DNA of 64,000 nt from Pseudolabrys sp. (GTDB lineage Bacteria > Pseudomonadota > Alphaproteobacteria > Rhizobiales > Xanthobacteraceae), in assembly GCA_035571935.1 (NCBI GenBank), contig DATNBL010000015.1:4771-68770 (forward strand), read 5' to 3'. Below, in pieces: positions 47,963 through 57,571 of this stretch. The position numbers were made by a program, and so were the translations under genes. Numbering within the stretch: position 1 is the stretch's first letter; each line of letters starts with the position of its first letter. The notes below the pieces were generated by a model. That model saw nothing but the letters and a program-made list of their open reading frames with translations, made no database searches and had not been told where the DNA came from.

Positions 47963-49465
47963 TCACAGGTCGTGCCCCGAATAGGAGCAGTTGAACGACT
48001 TATTGCAGAGCGGGAAGTCGGCGATGATGTTGTTCTCGATCGCGGCTTCGACCAGCGGCCACTGAAACCAGGACGCGTCGCGCAGATGGCAGCGCGCGAC
48101 CCGGCCGCCGGCGTCGAGCCGCAGCCAGACCAGCACGTCGCCGCGGAAGGCTTCCCGGTACGCCATGCCCTCGCAGGCGCCGCGCGCCGACAAGCCCACG
48201 CGCAAGTCGCCTTGCGGCAGGCGGTCGAGAATCTGCTCGAGGAGCGACAGGCTCTGCTCGACCTCACGGATGCGGATCCAGACGCGGGCATTGACGTCGC
48301 CGGCCTCGAGCACCGGCACCTCGAAGGTGAGCACGTCGTAGGGCGCGTAACTGACGTTGCGCCGCGCATCGAAATTCCGCCCGGCGGCGCGGCCGACAAA
48401 GCCGCCGGCGCCGAATTGCCGCGCGTAGTCCGGCTTGACGATGCCGGTGGTGACGGTGCGGTCCTGCAACGAGGCGGTCTTGTCGTAGAGCTCGATGAGG
48501 CGCGGGAACACCTTGCGCACGTCGGCGATGAACGCGCGGATCGTTTGAGCCCCATTCGCCGGCAGGTCGCGCGCGACGCCGCCTGGCACGACCGCGTCCA
48601 TCATCAGCCGGTGGCCGAAGCAGGCTTCCGCCGCGCGCAGGACGCGCTCGCGCAGGATGGAGGTCTGCGCGTGCATCAGCGCGAACGACGCATCGTTGCA
48701 GACGGCGCCGATGTCGCCCAGGTGGTTGGCGAGGCGTTCGATTTCGGCCATCAGCGCGCGCAGATAGATTGCACGCGGCGGCGCTTGCAGCTGCATCGCC
48801 GCTTCGGCAGCCGCGGCAAAGGCCCAGGAATAGGCAACCGTGCTGTCGCCGGACGTGCGGGCGGCAAGCTGCGCGGCACGATCGAGCGTCGCGCCGGCCA
48901 TCAGGCTCTCGATGCCTTTATGCACGTAGCCGAGCCGCTCCTCGACGCGCACGACGAACTCGCCATTGGCGGTGAAGCGGAAATGGCCGGGCTCGATGAT
49001 GCCGGCATGCACCGGGCCGACCGGCACCTGGTGCAGCGCCTCGCCTTCGACCGGAAGGAATGTGTACGGCACACGCTCCTGCGCCGGCCCGGCCGACCCA
49101 AGCGGGTGCGTCACGCCCCACACACCATGATCGAGCCACGGCCGCGGGTCGGGCGCGCCCTCGGGCGTGTAGCCGAACAACGAGGCGATCGCCCGCTCGA
49201 GCCGCACCGCCGGCGGATGCTTCGCGCCGACGCTCGGGAACTTGCCATCATGGCAGGCGTAAGTGAGCACGGCGATGTCGCCGTCCGCGCCGATCACCGC
49301 CATGTGCACGCAGCCGGCGTCGCCCCACAGGCCCGACAAGGTCCATTGCCCGGCGGCGAGCGCGTCGATGGCGTGCACCCAGCCGGCTTCATCCACGACG
49401 GCGCGGGGCCAGGGACGATGGCCCTCGACCGGCTGCGCGCCCGCGATGTTCGCCAGCACGCTCAT
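47963..49465 (-). CDS. Ehr large subunit (NuoCD/HyfG-like, lacking Ni-binding CxxC motifs)
   Basis: GPVHAGIIEPGHFRF, GYVHKGIE; L1 reads RTSGDS and the C-terminus reads NCSYSGHDL. Confidence 0.9.
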   Translation of the reverse strand: MSVLANIAGAQPVEGHRPWPRAVVDEAGWVHAIDALAAGQWTLSGLWGDAGCVHMAVIGADGDIAVLTYACHDGKFPSVGAKHPPAVRLERAIASLFGYTPEGAPDPRPWLDHGVWGVTHPLGSAGPAQERVPYTFLPVEGEALHQVPVGPVHAGIIEPGHFRFTANGEFVVRVEERLGYVHKGIESLMAGATLDRAAQLAARTSGDSTVAYSWAFAAAAEAAMQLQAPPRAIYLRALMAEIERLANHLGDIGAVCNDASFALMHAQTSILRERVLRAAEACFGHRLMMDAVVPGGVARDLPANGAQTIRAFIADVRKVFPRLIELYDKTASLQDRTVTTGIVKPDYARQFGAGGFVGRAAGRNFDARRNVSYAPYDVLTFEVPVLEAGDVNARVWIRIREVEQSLSLLEQILDRLPQGDLRVGLSARGACEGMAYREAFRGDVLVWLRLDAGGRVARCHLRDASWFQWPLVEAAIENNIIADFPLCNKSFNCSYSGHDL

Positions 49466-50907
49466 CCGAGCAGCCTCGCGACGTTCTCGAAGCCGGTGAC
49501 CAGCGCCGGCGGCATGTAGATGCCGGCGGCAAAGACGATGGCGAAATGCGCAAACATCGGCACGTAGGACGCATGCGCCGGCGCGGACGGCCCGCGCGGC
49601 TCGCCGAAGGCCACGCTGTTGAGCCGCAGGAACAGGCCGCCGAGCGCGACGATGATGCCGAGCGCCAGCAGGATGGCGAGGAATGGCTGCCGCGCGAAGG
49701 TCGAAGACACGACCAGGAACTCGCTCATGAAGATGCCCATCGGGGGCAGGCCGGCGATGGCGACGACGCCGATGACCAGCGCCCAGCCGAGCAACGGCGT
49801 GGTGACGGTCAGCCCGCCGATGTCGGCGATCTTCTGCGTGCCCTTGACCTGCGCGATGTGGCCGACGGTGAAGAAGATCGCCGACTTGGTCAGCGAGTGC
49901 ATGGTCATGTGCAGGAGGCCGGCAAAATTGGCGAGCGGCCCGCCCATGCCGAAGGCGAACACGATGATGCCCATGTGCTCGATCGAGGAATAGGCAAACA
50001 GCCGCTTGATGTCGCGCCGCCGGTACAGCATGAACGCCGCGAAGATGCAGGAGATCAGCCCCATCGTCACCATCAGCGGGCCGGGCGCGATCGCCGCCGG
50101 ATTGAGCGCCAGCAGCATCTTGAAGCGCAAGAGCGCGTAGAGCGCCACGTTCAAAAGCAGGCCGGACAGCACCGCCGAGATCGGCGTCGGGCCTTCCGCG
50201 TGCGCATCGGGCAGCCAGGCATGCAGCGGCGCCAGGCCCACTTTGGTGCCGTAGCCGAGCAGCAGGAAGACGAAGGCGACGTTCAAAAGCGGCGCGTCGA
50301 AGCGCGCGGCGTGCTGAACCAAGGTCGTCCACACCATGGCGCCGGCGCCCTCGCCGATCACCGGCCGCGCCGCCATGTAGACGAGGATGGTGCCGAACAG
50401 CGCCAGCGCGATGCCGACGCTGCCCAGGATGAAGTATTTCCACGCGGCTTCCAGCGCCTCGTGCGTGCGGTAGATGCCGACCATTAGCACCGTCGTCAGC
50501 GTCGCCACCTCGATCGCCACCCACATCAGGCCGATATTGTTGGCGATGAGCGCGAGGTTCATGCCGAACATCAGTACCTGGTACATCGCGTGATAGAAGC
50601 GCACCGAGCGCGGCGTCAGCCGCCCGATCTCGATCTCGTGGCCGATATAGCTGGCGCTGAAGATGCTGGTGGTCAGCGCGACGAAGGTCGTCAGCACGAT
50701 GAAGACGCGGTTCAAGTCGTCGACGAGCAGGTAGTCGCCACTATGCGGCTCCATCCAGAACAGCGACACCGAAATGAGGAAGGTCACCAGCGCGGCGGCG
50801 ACGTTGAGGTTGGCGGTCAGCCGGTAGCCGGGCAGCACGGCGAGGATCGCGGCGGCGAGCAGCGGCACGACGAGGATGGATTCAAGGGCGTCGATGGTCA
50901 TGGTCAT
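49462..50907 (-). CDS. hyfF: HyfF-like antiporter-type membrane subunit
   Basis: WVAIE.ATL, EAAWKYFIL, GYGTKVGLAPLH.WLPDAH.EGP.P.SA, KR.FAYSSIEH. Confidence 0.9.
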   Translation of the reverse strand: MTMTIDALESILVVPLLAAAILAVLPGYRLTANLNVAAALVTFLISVSLFWMEPHSGDYLLVDDLNRVFIVLTTFVALTTSIFSASYIGHEIEIGRLTPRSVRFYHAMYQVLMFGMNLALIANNIGLMWVAIEVATLTTVLMVGIYRTHEALEAAWKYFILGSVGIALALFGTILVYMAARPVIGEGAGAMVWTTLVQHAARFDAPLLNVAFVFLLLGYGTKVGLAPLHAWLPDAHAEGPTPISAVLSGLLLNVALYALLRFKMLLALNPAAIAPGPLMVTMGLISCIFAAFMLYRRRDIKRLFAYSSIEHMGIIVFAFGMGGPLANFAGLLHMTMHSLTKSAIFFTVGHIAQVKGTQKIADIGGLTVTTPLLGWALVIGVVAIAGLPPMGIFMSEFLVVSSTFARQPFLAILLALGIIVALGGLFLRLNSVAFGEPRGPSAPAHASYVPMFAHFAIVFAAGIYMPPALVTGFENVARLLG

Positions 50908-51566
50908 CGCCGCTCTCCGCGGAAACGGTCGAGCGCCTGCACGTCGACGGTGTCGAAGCGCTCGCGGATGCGGAACAGGAAGATGCCGATGACGATGAAG
51001 GCGATCAGCACCGAGAAGGCAACCGAGATCTCAACCACCAGCGGCATGCCCTTGGCGCCGGTCGCGGCGAGCACAAGGCCGTTCTCCAGCGACATGAAAC
51101 CGATCACCTGGCTGACCGCGTTGCGCCGCGTGACCATCATCAACAGGCCGAGCAGCACCACCGACAGCGCGAAGGCGAGGTCTTCCCGCGCCAGCGGATC
51201 GGCTTCGGCGGTAACGCGCAGCATCACCACCATCGACAGCGCGACCAGGCCGATGCCGGCGAGCATCGCAAGGCCGACGCCGACGACGTTGTCGATCTCG
51301 CGGTGAATGCCGAGACGCACGACGATCTGGCGCAGCCCGATCGGGATGGCGACCGCCTTGAAGGCGAGCGCGATCAGCGCCGTGATGTAGAGATGCGGCG
51401 CGTCCTGGATGAAGGCCTGCCAGGCGACCGACAACGTCAGCACGATGGCGTGCGCGGCGTAAATGTTGATCAGCGCCAGGATGCGGTCCTGGTAGAGCTC
51501 GAGGAAGCTCACCACCACCAGCGAGCCGGCCAGGAGATGCGCTACATCGAAAGTCAGCCCGTGCAT
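50904..51566 (-). CDS. hyfE: HyfE-like membrane subunit
   Basis: KA..IP, RRNA.SQV.GF.SLENG, GMPL.VE; ATG overlaps the hyfC stop. Confidence 0.88.
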   Translation of the reverse strand: MHGLTFDVAHLLAGSLVVVSFLELYQDRILALINIYAAHAIVLTLSVAWQAFIQDAPHLYITALIALAFKAVAIPIGLRQIVVRLGIHREIDNVVGVGLAMLAGIGLVALSMVVMLRVTAEADPLAREDLAFALSVVLLGLLMMVTRRNAVSQVIGFMSLENGLVLAATGAKGMPLVVEISVAFSVLIAFIVIGIFLFRIRERFDTVDVQALDRFRGERR

Positions 51567-52522
51567 CAGAAGCTCCTCGACACGAAGCGCAACAGCGTCG
51601 CGAGCAGCGCCAGCATCAGCGCGGCACCGAGGAACTCGGGCACGCGGAAGACGCGCATCTTGGCGATCGCCGTCTCGAACAGCGCGAGCAGGAAGCCGCC
51701 GGCAGCGAGCTTGGCCGTATAGCTCACGACGCCGAACGCCAGTTCGGCCGGGTCCGCCGTCGCCGCGCCAATGCCCCACGGCGCGAACAGGCAGGCGATC
51801 AGCGACACGTAGAGCAGCAGCTTGAGGAAGGTGGCGAGCTCGATCAGCGCCAGATGGCGGCCGGAATATTCCAGCACCATCGCCTCGTGCACCATCGTCA
51901 ACTCGAGATGCGTCGCCGGATTGTCGACCGGGACGCGCGCGTTCTCGGCGATGGCGACGATGATGAGCGCGATCAGGCCGAGGCCGAGCGAAACGCGCAG
52001 GCCCACCTCCGGCGAGTTCATGAAGGCAGCCATGGTCGAGAGCTGCGTCGAGCCCGCAATCAACGCGATGGCGAAGACGATCATCATCATCGCCGGCTCG
52101 GCGAGCGATGCGATCATCACCTCGCGGCTGGCGCCGATACCGCCGAAGCCGGTGCCGACATCCATGCCGGCGAGCGCGAGAAAGAAACGTGCACTGCCGA
52201 GCAGCGCGATCAGCGCGATCAGGTCGGCGGTCCAGGAGAACATCAGGCCGCTGCGGAAGGTCGGCACCAGCGAGGCCGCGACCCAGGTGGCGGCGAACAC
52301 GAGATAAGGGATGACGCGGAACAGCCACGAGGCATTGCCGGCGAGCACCACGTCCTTGCGCAGCAGCCGCGCGAGATCGCGGTAGGGCTGGACAAGCGGC
52401 GGGCCGCGCCGGCGCAAGAGCCGCGCCTTCACCTTGCGCACGAAGCCGGTGAGCAGCGGTGCCAGCAACAGCACCAGCAGCATCTGCGCGCCCTGGAAGA
52501 CGAAATTGTGGATCAGGGCCAT
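51566..52522 (-). CDS. hyfC: HyfC/HycD (NuoH-like) membrane subunit
   Basis: R.GPP..QPY.DL, FGG.GASRE, ENAR.PVDNP.THLELTM.HEAM.LEYSG. Confidence 0.9.
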   Translation of the reverse strand: MALIHNFVFQGAQMLLVLLLAPLLTGFVRKVKARLLRRRGPPLVQPYRDLARLLRKDVVLAGNASWLFRVIPYLVFAATWVAASLVPTFRSGLMFSWTADLIALIALLGSARFFLALAGMDVGTGFGGIGASREVMIASLAEPAMMMIVFAIALIAGSTQLSTMAAFMNSPEVGLRVSLGLGLIALIIVAIAENARVPVDNPATHLELTMVHEAMVLEYSGRHLALIELATFLKLLLYVSLIACLFAPWGIGAATADPAELAFGVVSYTAKLAAGGFLLALFETAIAKMRVFRVPEFLGAALMLALLATLLRFVSRSF

Positions 52523-54516
52523 GCCGCCAGCACCAGGAGCAGGATCACCAGCGCCGCGAACACGAGCGAGAGATAGCGGCGGATGGTGAGGAATTGCAGG
52601 ACGTTGAGCTTCTCGGTCGCAAAGGAGATGAAGCCGTTGAGCGGCTCATAGAGGGTGTCCCAGACCGGATCGTGCACGATGGCCGCGAAACGGGCCGGCA
52701 GCGTCGAATTCGGCGGCGGCATCTCGCCGACCTCACGCGCGCGGAACACGAGGGAGCCGAAGACGCGGCGGATCGGCTGCGCGAAACTGTCGCCGGAATA
52801 TTGCGTCACCGGGCTGGCATCGGGAAAGCCGCAGTCCCAGATCGCGCCGCGGCGAATCTTGTCGGAGGCGAGGCGATGGATGCCGTAGGCGCCGATCATG
52901 CCGGACGCGGCCATGAACAGGAACACGAGGAGCCCGTTGTAGGAACTGCGGCTTTCGACGATCGGCACGATCGACAGCCACTCGACGCCGGACTGCACCG
53001 GCATGCGCGCGCCGGCGACGAGTTGCGTCACCGGCGCCAGCACGTCGATGGCGAAGCCGGGCAGGATGCCGAGCGCGAGGCAGGCGGCCGCCAGCAGGCC
53101 CATCGCGACGATCGAGACGCGCTCGGTCTCCTGCGCAAAGCCGGCCGCGTCGCTGCGCGGGCGCCCCAGGAAGGCGATGCCGTAGACGCGCACGAAACAG
53201 GCGCCGGCCAGCGCCGCCGACAGCGCCAGCAGCGCGCCGGCGGCGGGAATCATCAGCTTCAACCCCCAGGACGAGAGCTGCGGGCTGACCAAGATCGCTT
53301 GGAACGCCAGCCATTCCGAAACGAAACCGTTGAGCGGCGGGAGCGCCGAGATCGCGGCACAGCCGACGAGAAAGACGAAAGCCGTCTGCGGCATGCGGTG
53401 GATGAGGCCGCCGAGTTTTTCGAGATCGCGCTCGCCGGTCGAGGCGAGCACGGCACCGGCGCCGCAGAACAGGAGGCTCTTGAACAACGAGTGGTTGAGC
53501 ACGTGCAGCAGCGCCGCGGTCATCGCCAGCGCCGCGGCGAAGGTCATGGCATTGGCCTTGAACGCCAGCGCCAGCCCGAGCGCGACGAAAACGATGCCGA
53601 TGTTCTCGATGGTCGAATAGGCGAGCACGCGTTTCAAATCGCGCTGCATCAGGGCGTAAAGCACGCCCATCGCCGCGGTGACGGCACCGGCGACGATCAC
53701 CGGCATGCTCCACCACCAGGCGGGAGCGCCGGCGAGATCGAAGACGATGCGGATGAAGCCGTAGACCGCGACCTTGGTCATCACGCCGCTCATCAGCGCG
53801 GAGACGTGGCTCGGCGCGGCCGGATGCGCGAGCGGCAGCCAGGCGTGCAGCGGCACCAGGCCAGCCTTCGAGCCGGCGCCGACCAGCGCGAGGATCAGCA
53901 CCAAGGCGGCGAGTCCGGCCGTGGGCGGCGTCGCGCGCATGGCGTCAAAGACGTAGTCGCCGCCGGCGCCGGCCATCAAGCCGAAGGCGAACAGCAGCGC
54001 CAACGTGCCAAAGCCGGCCATCAGCAAATAGACGTAGCCGGCGCGCATGTTGTCGCGCTCGCGGTGATGCGCGACCACCAGCGCCCAGGACGATAGCGAC
54101 ATGAACTCCCAGGAAACGAGGAAGGAGAACGCGTCTGCTGACAGCAGCACCAGATTCATGGCGGCCAGATAGGCCGGATAGAACGGCAGCACGCGGCCGG
54201 GGAATTCCTCGTGCTTGCCGTAGCCGAAGGCGAACAGGCTCGCCGCGGCGGCGCCGAGATTGACGACGATGAGGAAGAAAGCGGACAGCGCGTCGATGCG
54301 GAAATGCGCGCCGAGCCAGGGCAGGCCGAGTGGGAGCACGGCGTTCGATTGCTGGCCGCCGACGAGGCTGACCGCCGCCGCGGCAACGAGCACGAGGGAG
54401 AGCGCGAGGCTTACGCCGTAGACCACGGGCCGCCCGGCCGGCGAGGCGGAGAGCGCGATCGCGGCGGGCGCCAGCACGAGCAGCGCCGCCACCGCGTAGA
54501 GGGAATCGATCACCAT
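52513..54516 (-). CDS. hyfB: HyfB-like antiporter-type membrane subunit
   Basis: FL.SWE.MS, GSKAGLVPLH.WLP.AHPAAPSHVSALMSGVM.K, LAYST.EN.G, LPPLNGF.SEW, WDCG. Confidence 0.92.
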   Translation of the reverse strand: MVIDSLYAVAALLVLAPAAIALSASPAGRPVVYGVSLALSLVLVAAAAVSLVGGQQSNAVLPLGLPWLGAHFRIDALSAFFLIVVNLGAAAASLFAFGYGKHEEFPGRVLPFYPAYLAAMNLVLLSADAFSFLVSWEFMSLSSWALVVAHHRERDNMRAGYVYLLMAGFGTLALLFAFGLMAGAGGDYVFDAMRATPPTAGLAALVLILALVGAGSKAGLVPLHAWLPLAHPAAPSHVSALMSGVMTKVAVYGFIRIVFDLAGAPAWWWSMPVIVAGAVTAAMGVLYALMQRDLKRVLAYSTIENIGIVFVALGLALAFKANAMTFAAALAMTAALLHVLNHSLFKSLLFCGAGAVLASTGERDLEKLGGLIHRMPQTAFVFLVGCAAISALPPLNGFVSEWLAFQAILVSPQLSSWGLKLMIPAAGALLALSAALAGACFVRVYGIAFLGRPRSDAAGFAQETERVSIVAMGLLAAACLALGILPGFAIDVLAPVTQLVAGARMPVQSGVEWLSIVPIVESRSSYNGLLVFLFMAASGMIGAYGIHRLASDKIRRGAIWDCGFPDASPVTQYSGDSFAQPIRRVFGSLVFRAREVGEMPPPNSTLPARFAAIVHDPVWDTLYEPLNGFISFATEKLNVLQFLTIRRYLSLVFAALVILLLVLAAWP

Positions 54517-54562
54517 CGGCGCCTCCGCGCCGCCGCGACAGCGGGCGCCAGGCGCAACGTGC

Positions 54563-54805
54563 TCATTTGAGCCGCACGCCGCGGCCGCCACCGCCCGACG
54601 CGCCACCCTCCCCGATCAATTCGATGCCGTTCGAGGCGAGCGCTTCGATCAGCTTCATCAGCGAGTCGACGTTGCCACGCACGACGCCGCCGCTCGCCTC
54701 CATGCGCTGGATCGTCGGCAACGACAGGCGCGACCGCTTCGCCAGCTCGCGCTGATCTATTCCAAGCAAAGCGCGCGCGGCGCGCATCTGGCCGGCTGTG
54801 ATCAT
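54563..54805 (-). CDS. XRE family HTH regulator heading the Ehr operon
   Basis: MIT..QMRAARALLG.DQ..LA....LS.PTIQRME. Confidence 0.9.
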   Translation of the reverse strand: MITAGQMRAARALLGIDQRELAKRSRLSLPTIQRMEASGGVVRGNVDSLMKLIEALASNGIELIGEGGASGGGGRGVRLK

Positions 54806-54880
54806 GCTTTCGTCGGGTGCCGTTCAGAACAGGATATGTCAGGTATATTTCGCAGATTATGTTATTTCAAGTACCACAAA

Positions 54881-54897
54881 TGATGTTTTATACATCA
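54881..54897. promoter_or_regulatory. Palindromic operator candidate upstream of xre-ehr
   Basis: TGATGT-TTTAT-ACATCA in an AT-rich island; degenerate half-site TTATGT at 54857. Confidence 0.6.
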
Positions 54898-55106
54898 CCT
54901 GGGAAACGCCCTCCGGCTGAGCGAGATCAGGCCGCGGGCACTCCAGATCGGCGATGGGGCGGCGCGCGTCTTTGCTCATTCACCGGACGCAGTCTACGCG
55001 CCGGCGACGAACGACCGTGCGGCGGAATTTATATCAGTTTACGTGAAGCACGCGGGCGGCACTCATATAGTCCCGCGGCAATCGTCCTCGGCAACCGGTC
55101 TCCGTC

Positions 55107-55304
55107 ATGAACAATTTCGCTCTCGGTGCGGCCGCAATCATCCTGATCGCGTCGGCGACCGGGATGCTGGTCTATGAAGCCGCCCGCGCGCGATCGAAGC
55201 GCCCGATTTTCGGCGGGCGTGAAACCATCACGCTGTACTGGGTCGCCTATCTCACGCTCTACGTGCTTGGCGCGACGTCCGGGCTCGCCGCGATCGTTCG
55301 CTGA
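55107..55304 (+). CDS. Small 2-TM hypothetical protein
   Basis: 65 aa, TM-basic loop-TM. Confidence 0.6.
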   Translation: MNNFALGAAAIILIASATGMLVYEAARARSKRPIFGGRETITLYWVAYLTLYVLGATSGLAAIVR

Positions 55305-55319
55305 CGCGCGGAGGACCGC

Positions 55320-55514
55320 ATGACCGATCTCGCCTTCGGACTGCTTCTCGTTGCGCTGAGCATCGCGGCGATCTGGCTGCCGCTCTCCCGTCCTGCCTTG
55401 GCAAAATGGATGGCGCGCCGCGCAATGGTGAGCGAGTGGCTCGCGCTCGGCGCCGTCGTCGGCTTTGCCCTCGGCGTGACGTTCATGATCTCCGGGGCGT
55501 TCGCGCAACCGTAG
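55320..55514 (+). CDS. Small 2-TM hypothetical protein
   Basis: 64 aa, GGAGG RBS, TM-basic loop-TM. Confidence 0.6.
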   Translation: MTDLAFGLLLVALSIAAIWLPLSRPALAKWMARRAMVSEWLALGAVVGFALGVTFMISGAFAQP

Positions 55515-55527
55515 CCTGCCGGCGCGC

Positions 55528-56487
55528 TCAGGCGAAGATCGACCGCGCCAGCCCCTTCAGCCCGACGAAGGCCGGATCGGCGTGCATGACGACGTTGACC
55601 GGGATCGGCTCGACATAGGCGCGCATGCGCCCCTTGCTCTCGAAGCGCGTGCGGAAGGCGGAACGGACGAGTTCTTCGGCCAGACGCGGCACGATGCCGC
55701 CGGCAATGGTGACGCCGCCGCGCGCGCCGAAGGCCAGCGCGAGATTGCCGGCGACGTCGCCGAGCAGCGCGCAGAACATGTCCAGCGCGGCACGGCAGAC
55801 CGCGCATTCGCCCGACGCGGCGGCCTGGCTGATGGCGGCGGCATTGCGCGCGGGCACGGCCGCGCCGTCGAGCGCGGCGATGGCGTTGTAGAGGTTCTCG
55901 AGGCCGGGCCCCGACAGCGCGCGCTCTGCCGAGACGTGGCCGAAGCGCCGGCGCAGATGCGCAATGACGGCGTCCTCGCGCGGCGAGGCGCCGGCGAGCG
56001 TCGCATGGCCGCCCTCGCTGGTGAGCACCGCGCCGCCGCCGTGCGGCAGCCAGGCGGCGACGCCGAGACCAGTTCCCGGCCCAAGCACGGCAATTGGCGC
56101 ATCCGCAGCCGGCTCGCCACCGCCGATCCGGCAGAGGTCGGCGCCGGAAAAATGCGGCAGCGCCCAGGCGATCGCCTCGAAATCGTTGATCAGCCGCACG
56201 CGCGAAAAATCAAACGCGATTTGCAGTTCGGCGGCATCGACCACCCACGGATTATTGGTGAGCGCGCAGCGCCCGCCATCGACGACGCCGGCGACCGCCA
56301 GCACCGCCGCGTCGGCGCGCTCGCGGCCGGAAAGGAACGCGCGCAACGCATCGGTGAACTGCAAGTGCGCAGCAGCCGGGATGTGCACGATCGGTTCGAG
56401 TTCCGCGCCGTGCAGCACCGCAAAGCGCGCATTGGTGCCGCCGATGTCGCCCAAAAGCACGCGTTGTCCGCCGCCGCGACCAGACAT
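55528..56487 (-). CDS. glk: Glucokinase
   Basis: GDIGGTNARFA, LINDFEA, GPGTGLG, SEGGH, SAER.LSGPGL, F.SKGRM. Confidence 0.95.
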   Translation of the reverse strand: MSGRGGGQRVLLGDIGGTNARFAVLHGAELEPIVHIPAAAHLQFTDALRAFLSGRERADAAVLAVAGVVDGGRCALTNNPWVVDAAELQIAFDFSRVRLINDFEAIAWALPHFSGADLCRIGGGEPAADAPIAVLGPGTGLGVAAWLPHGGGAVLTSEGGHATLAGASPREDAVIAHLRRRFGHVSAERALSGPGLENLYNAIAALDGAAVPARNAAAISQAAASGECAVCRAALDMFCALLGDVAGNLALAFGARGGVTIAGGIVPRLAEELVRSAFRTRFESKGRMRAYVEPIPVNVVMHADPAFVGLKGLARSIFA

Positions 56488-56512
56488 CCCTCGCCCTCGT
56501 AGATCGCCTGTT

Positions 56513-57544
56513 TCAGCTCAGCTCGCGGCGCACGATGGCCGCACCATCGACCATCGCCTTGAGCTTGCCGAAGGCGACCTCGCGCGTGAGGTACTTCATG
56601 CCGCAGTCCGGCGCCGGGATGAGCTTGTCCGCCGGGACATGCTCGAGGCCGCGGCGGATGCGGGCGGCGACGAGCGCGGGCGTCTCGACCGCCGGCGTCG
56701 ACAAATCGAGCACGCCGAGCATGACGTTCTTCGGCTCCAGTTCCTTGAGCACGCCGAGATCGATGTTCGGCTGCGCGCTCTCCATCGAGATGGTAGAGGC
56801 GGTGGTGTCGGCAAGCTCGGCGAGGAAAGCGTAGGATTGCGGCTTGGTGTCGCCAGGCACCACCGCGGCATAGCCGAAGCAGAGATGCACGACCGTCGGC
56901 ACCTTCACGCCTTCGAGCGCGCGGTTGATCGCCTTGACCGCGTAGCGGCGCGCGGCTACCGGATCGTTGCGCACCCACGGCTCGTCAAGCTGGATGACGT
57001 CGGCGCCGGCGCGCACCAGATCGTGCACCTCCTCGTTGACCGCGGCGGCCATGTCCATCGCCATCGCCTCGGGATCCTTGTAGTACTCGTCCTTCGCCTG
57101 CTGGCTCATCGTGAACGGGCCGGGCAGCGTAATCTTCGCCGCCAGCGCGGTGTTGCGGCGCAGGAACTCCATGTCACGCAGCTCAACCGGAGCCTTGCGC
57201 CTGAGCTTGCCGACGACGCGCGGCACCGGCGTCTGGCCGGAGCGCGCCTGCACCATGCCGGGATTATCGATGTCGATGCCTTCGAGCGCGGTGGCGAAAC
57301 GGTTGGAATAGCTCTCGCGCCTGATCTCGCCGTCGGTGACAACGTCGAGGCCGGCGCGCTCCATGTCGCGGATGGCGACGATGGTGGCGTCGTCCTGCGC
57401 CTGTTCGAGGAACGGCTCGGGCACGCGCCACATCTGCTTCATGCGCACGCGCGGCACGACCTTCGACAGCATCTGGCGGTCGACCAGCCAGTCCGGCTGC
57501 GGATAGCTGCCGACGACGGTGGTCGGAAAAAGCTTCTGGGCCAT
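56513..57544 (-). CDS. Cobalamin-independent methionine synthase catalytic-domain (MetE C-terminal / CIMS-like) Zn enzyme
   Basis: TT.VGSYP.P, GLDV.TDGE.RR, PGPFT, QLDEP, HLC, PDCG; single domain of 343 aa. Confidence 0.88.
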   Translation of the reverse strand: MAQKLFPTTVVGSYPQPDWLVDRQMLSKVVPRVRMKQMWRVPEPFLEQAQDDATIVAIRDMERAGLDVVTDGEIRRESYSNRFATALEGIDIDNPGMVQARSGQTPVPRVVGKLRRKAPVELRDMEFLRRNTALAAKITLPGPFTMSQQAKDEYYKDPEAMAMDMAAAVNEEVHDLVRAGADVIQLDEPWVRNDPVAARRYAVKAINRALEGVKVPTVVHLCFGYAAVVPGDTKPQSYAFLAELADTTASTISMESAQPNIDLGVLKELEPKNVMLGVLDLSTPAVETPALVAARIRRGLEHVPADKLIPAPDCGMKYLTREVAFGKLKAMVDGAAIVRRELS

Positions 57545-57571
57545 TGTGTTCTCCGAACGAAAGCAAGTCCT

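Noticed and set aside
47432-54516. Call as functional hydrogenase-4 / formate hydrogenlyase
   Set aside because: Ni-ligating CxxC motifs are absent and there are no maturation or fdh genes in the window
54817-55110. 97-aa ORF across the xre upstream region
   Set aside because: Spans the AT-rich promoter and operator, atypical codon use, no SD
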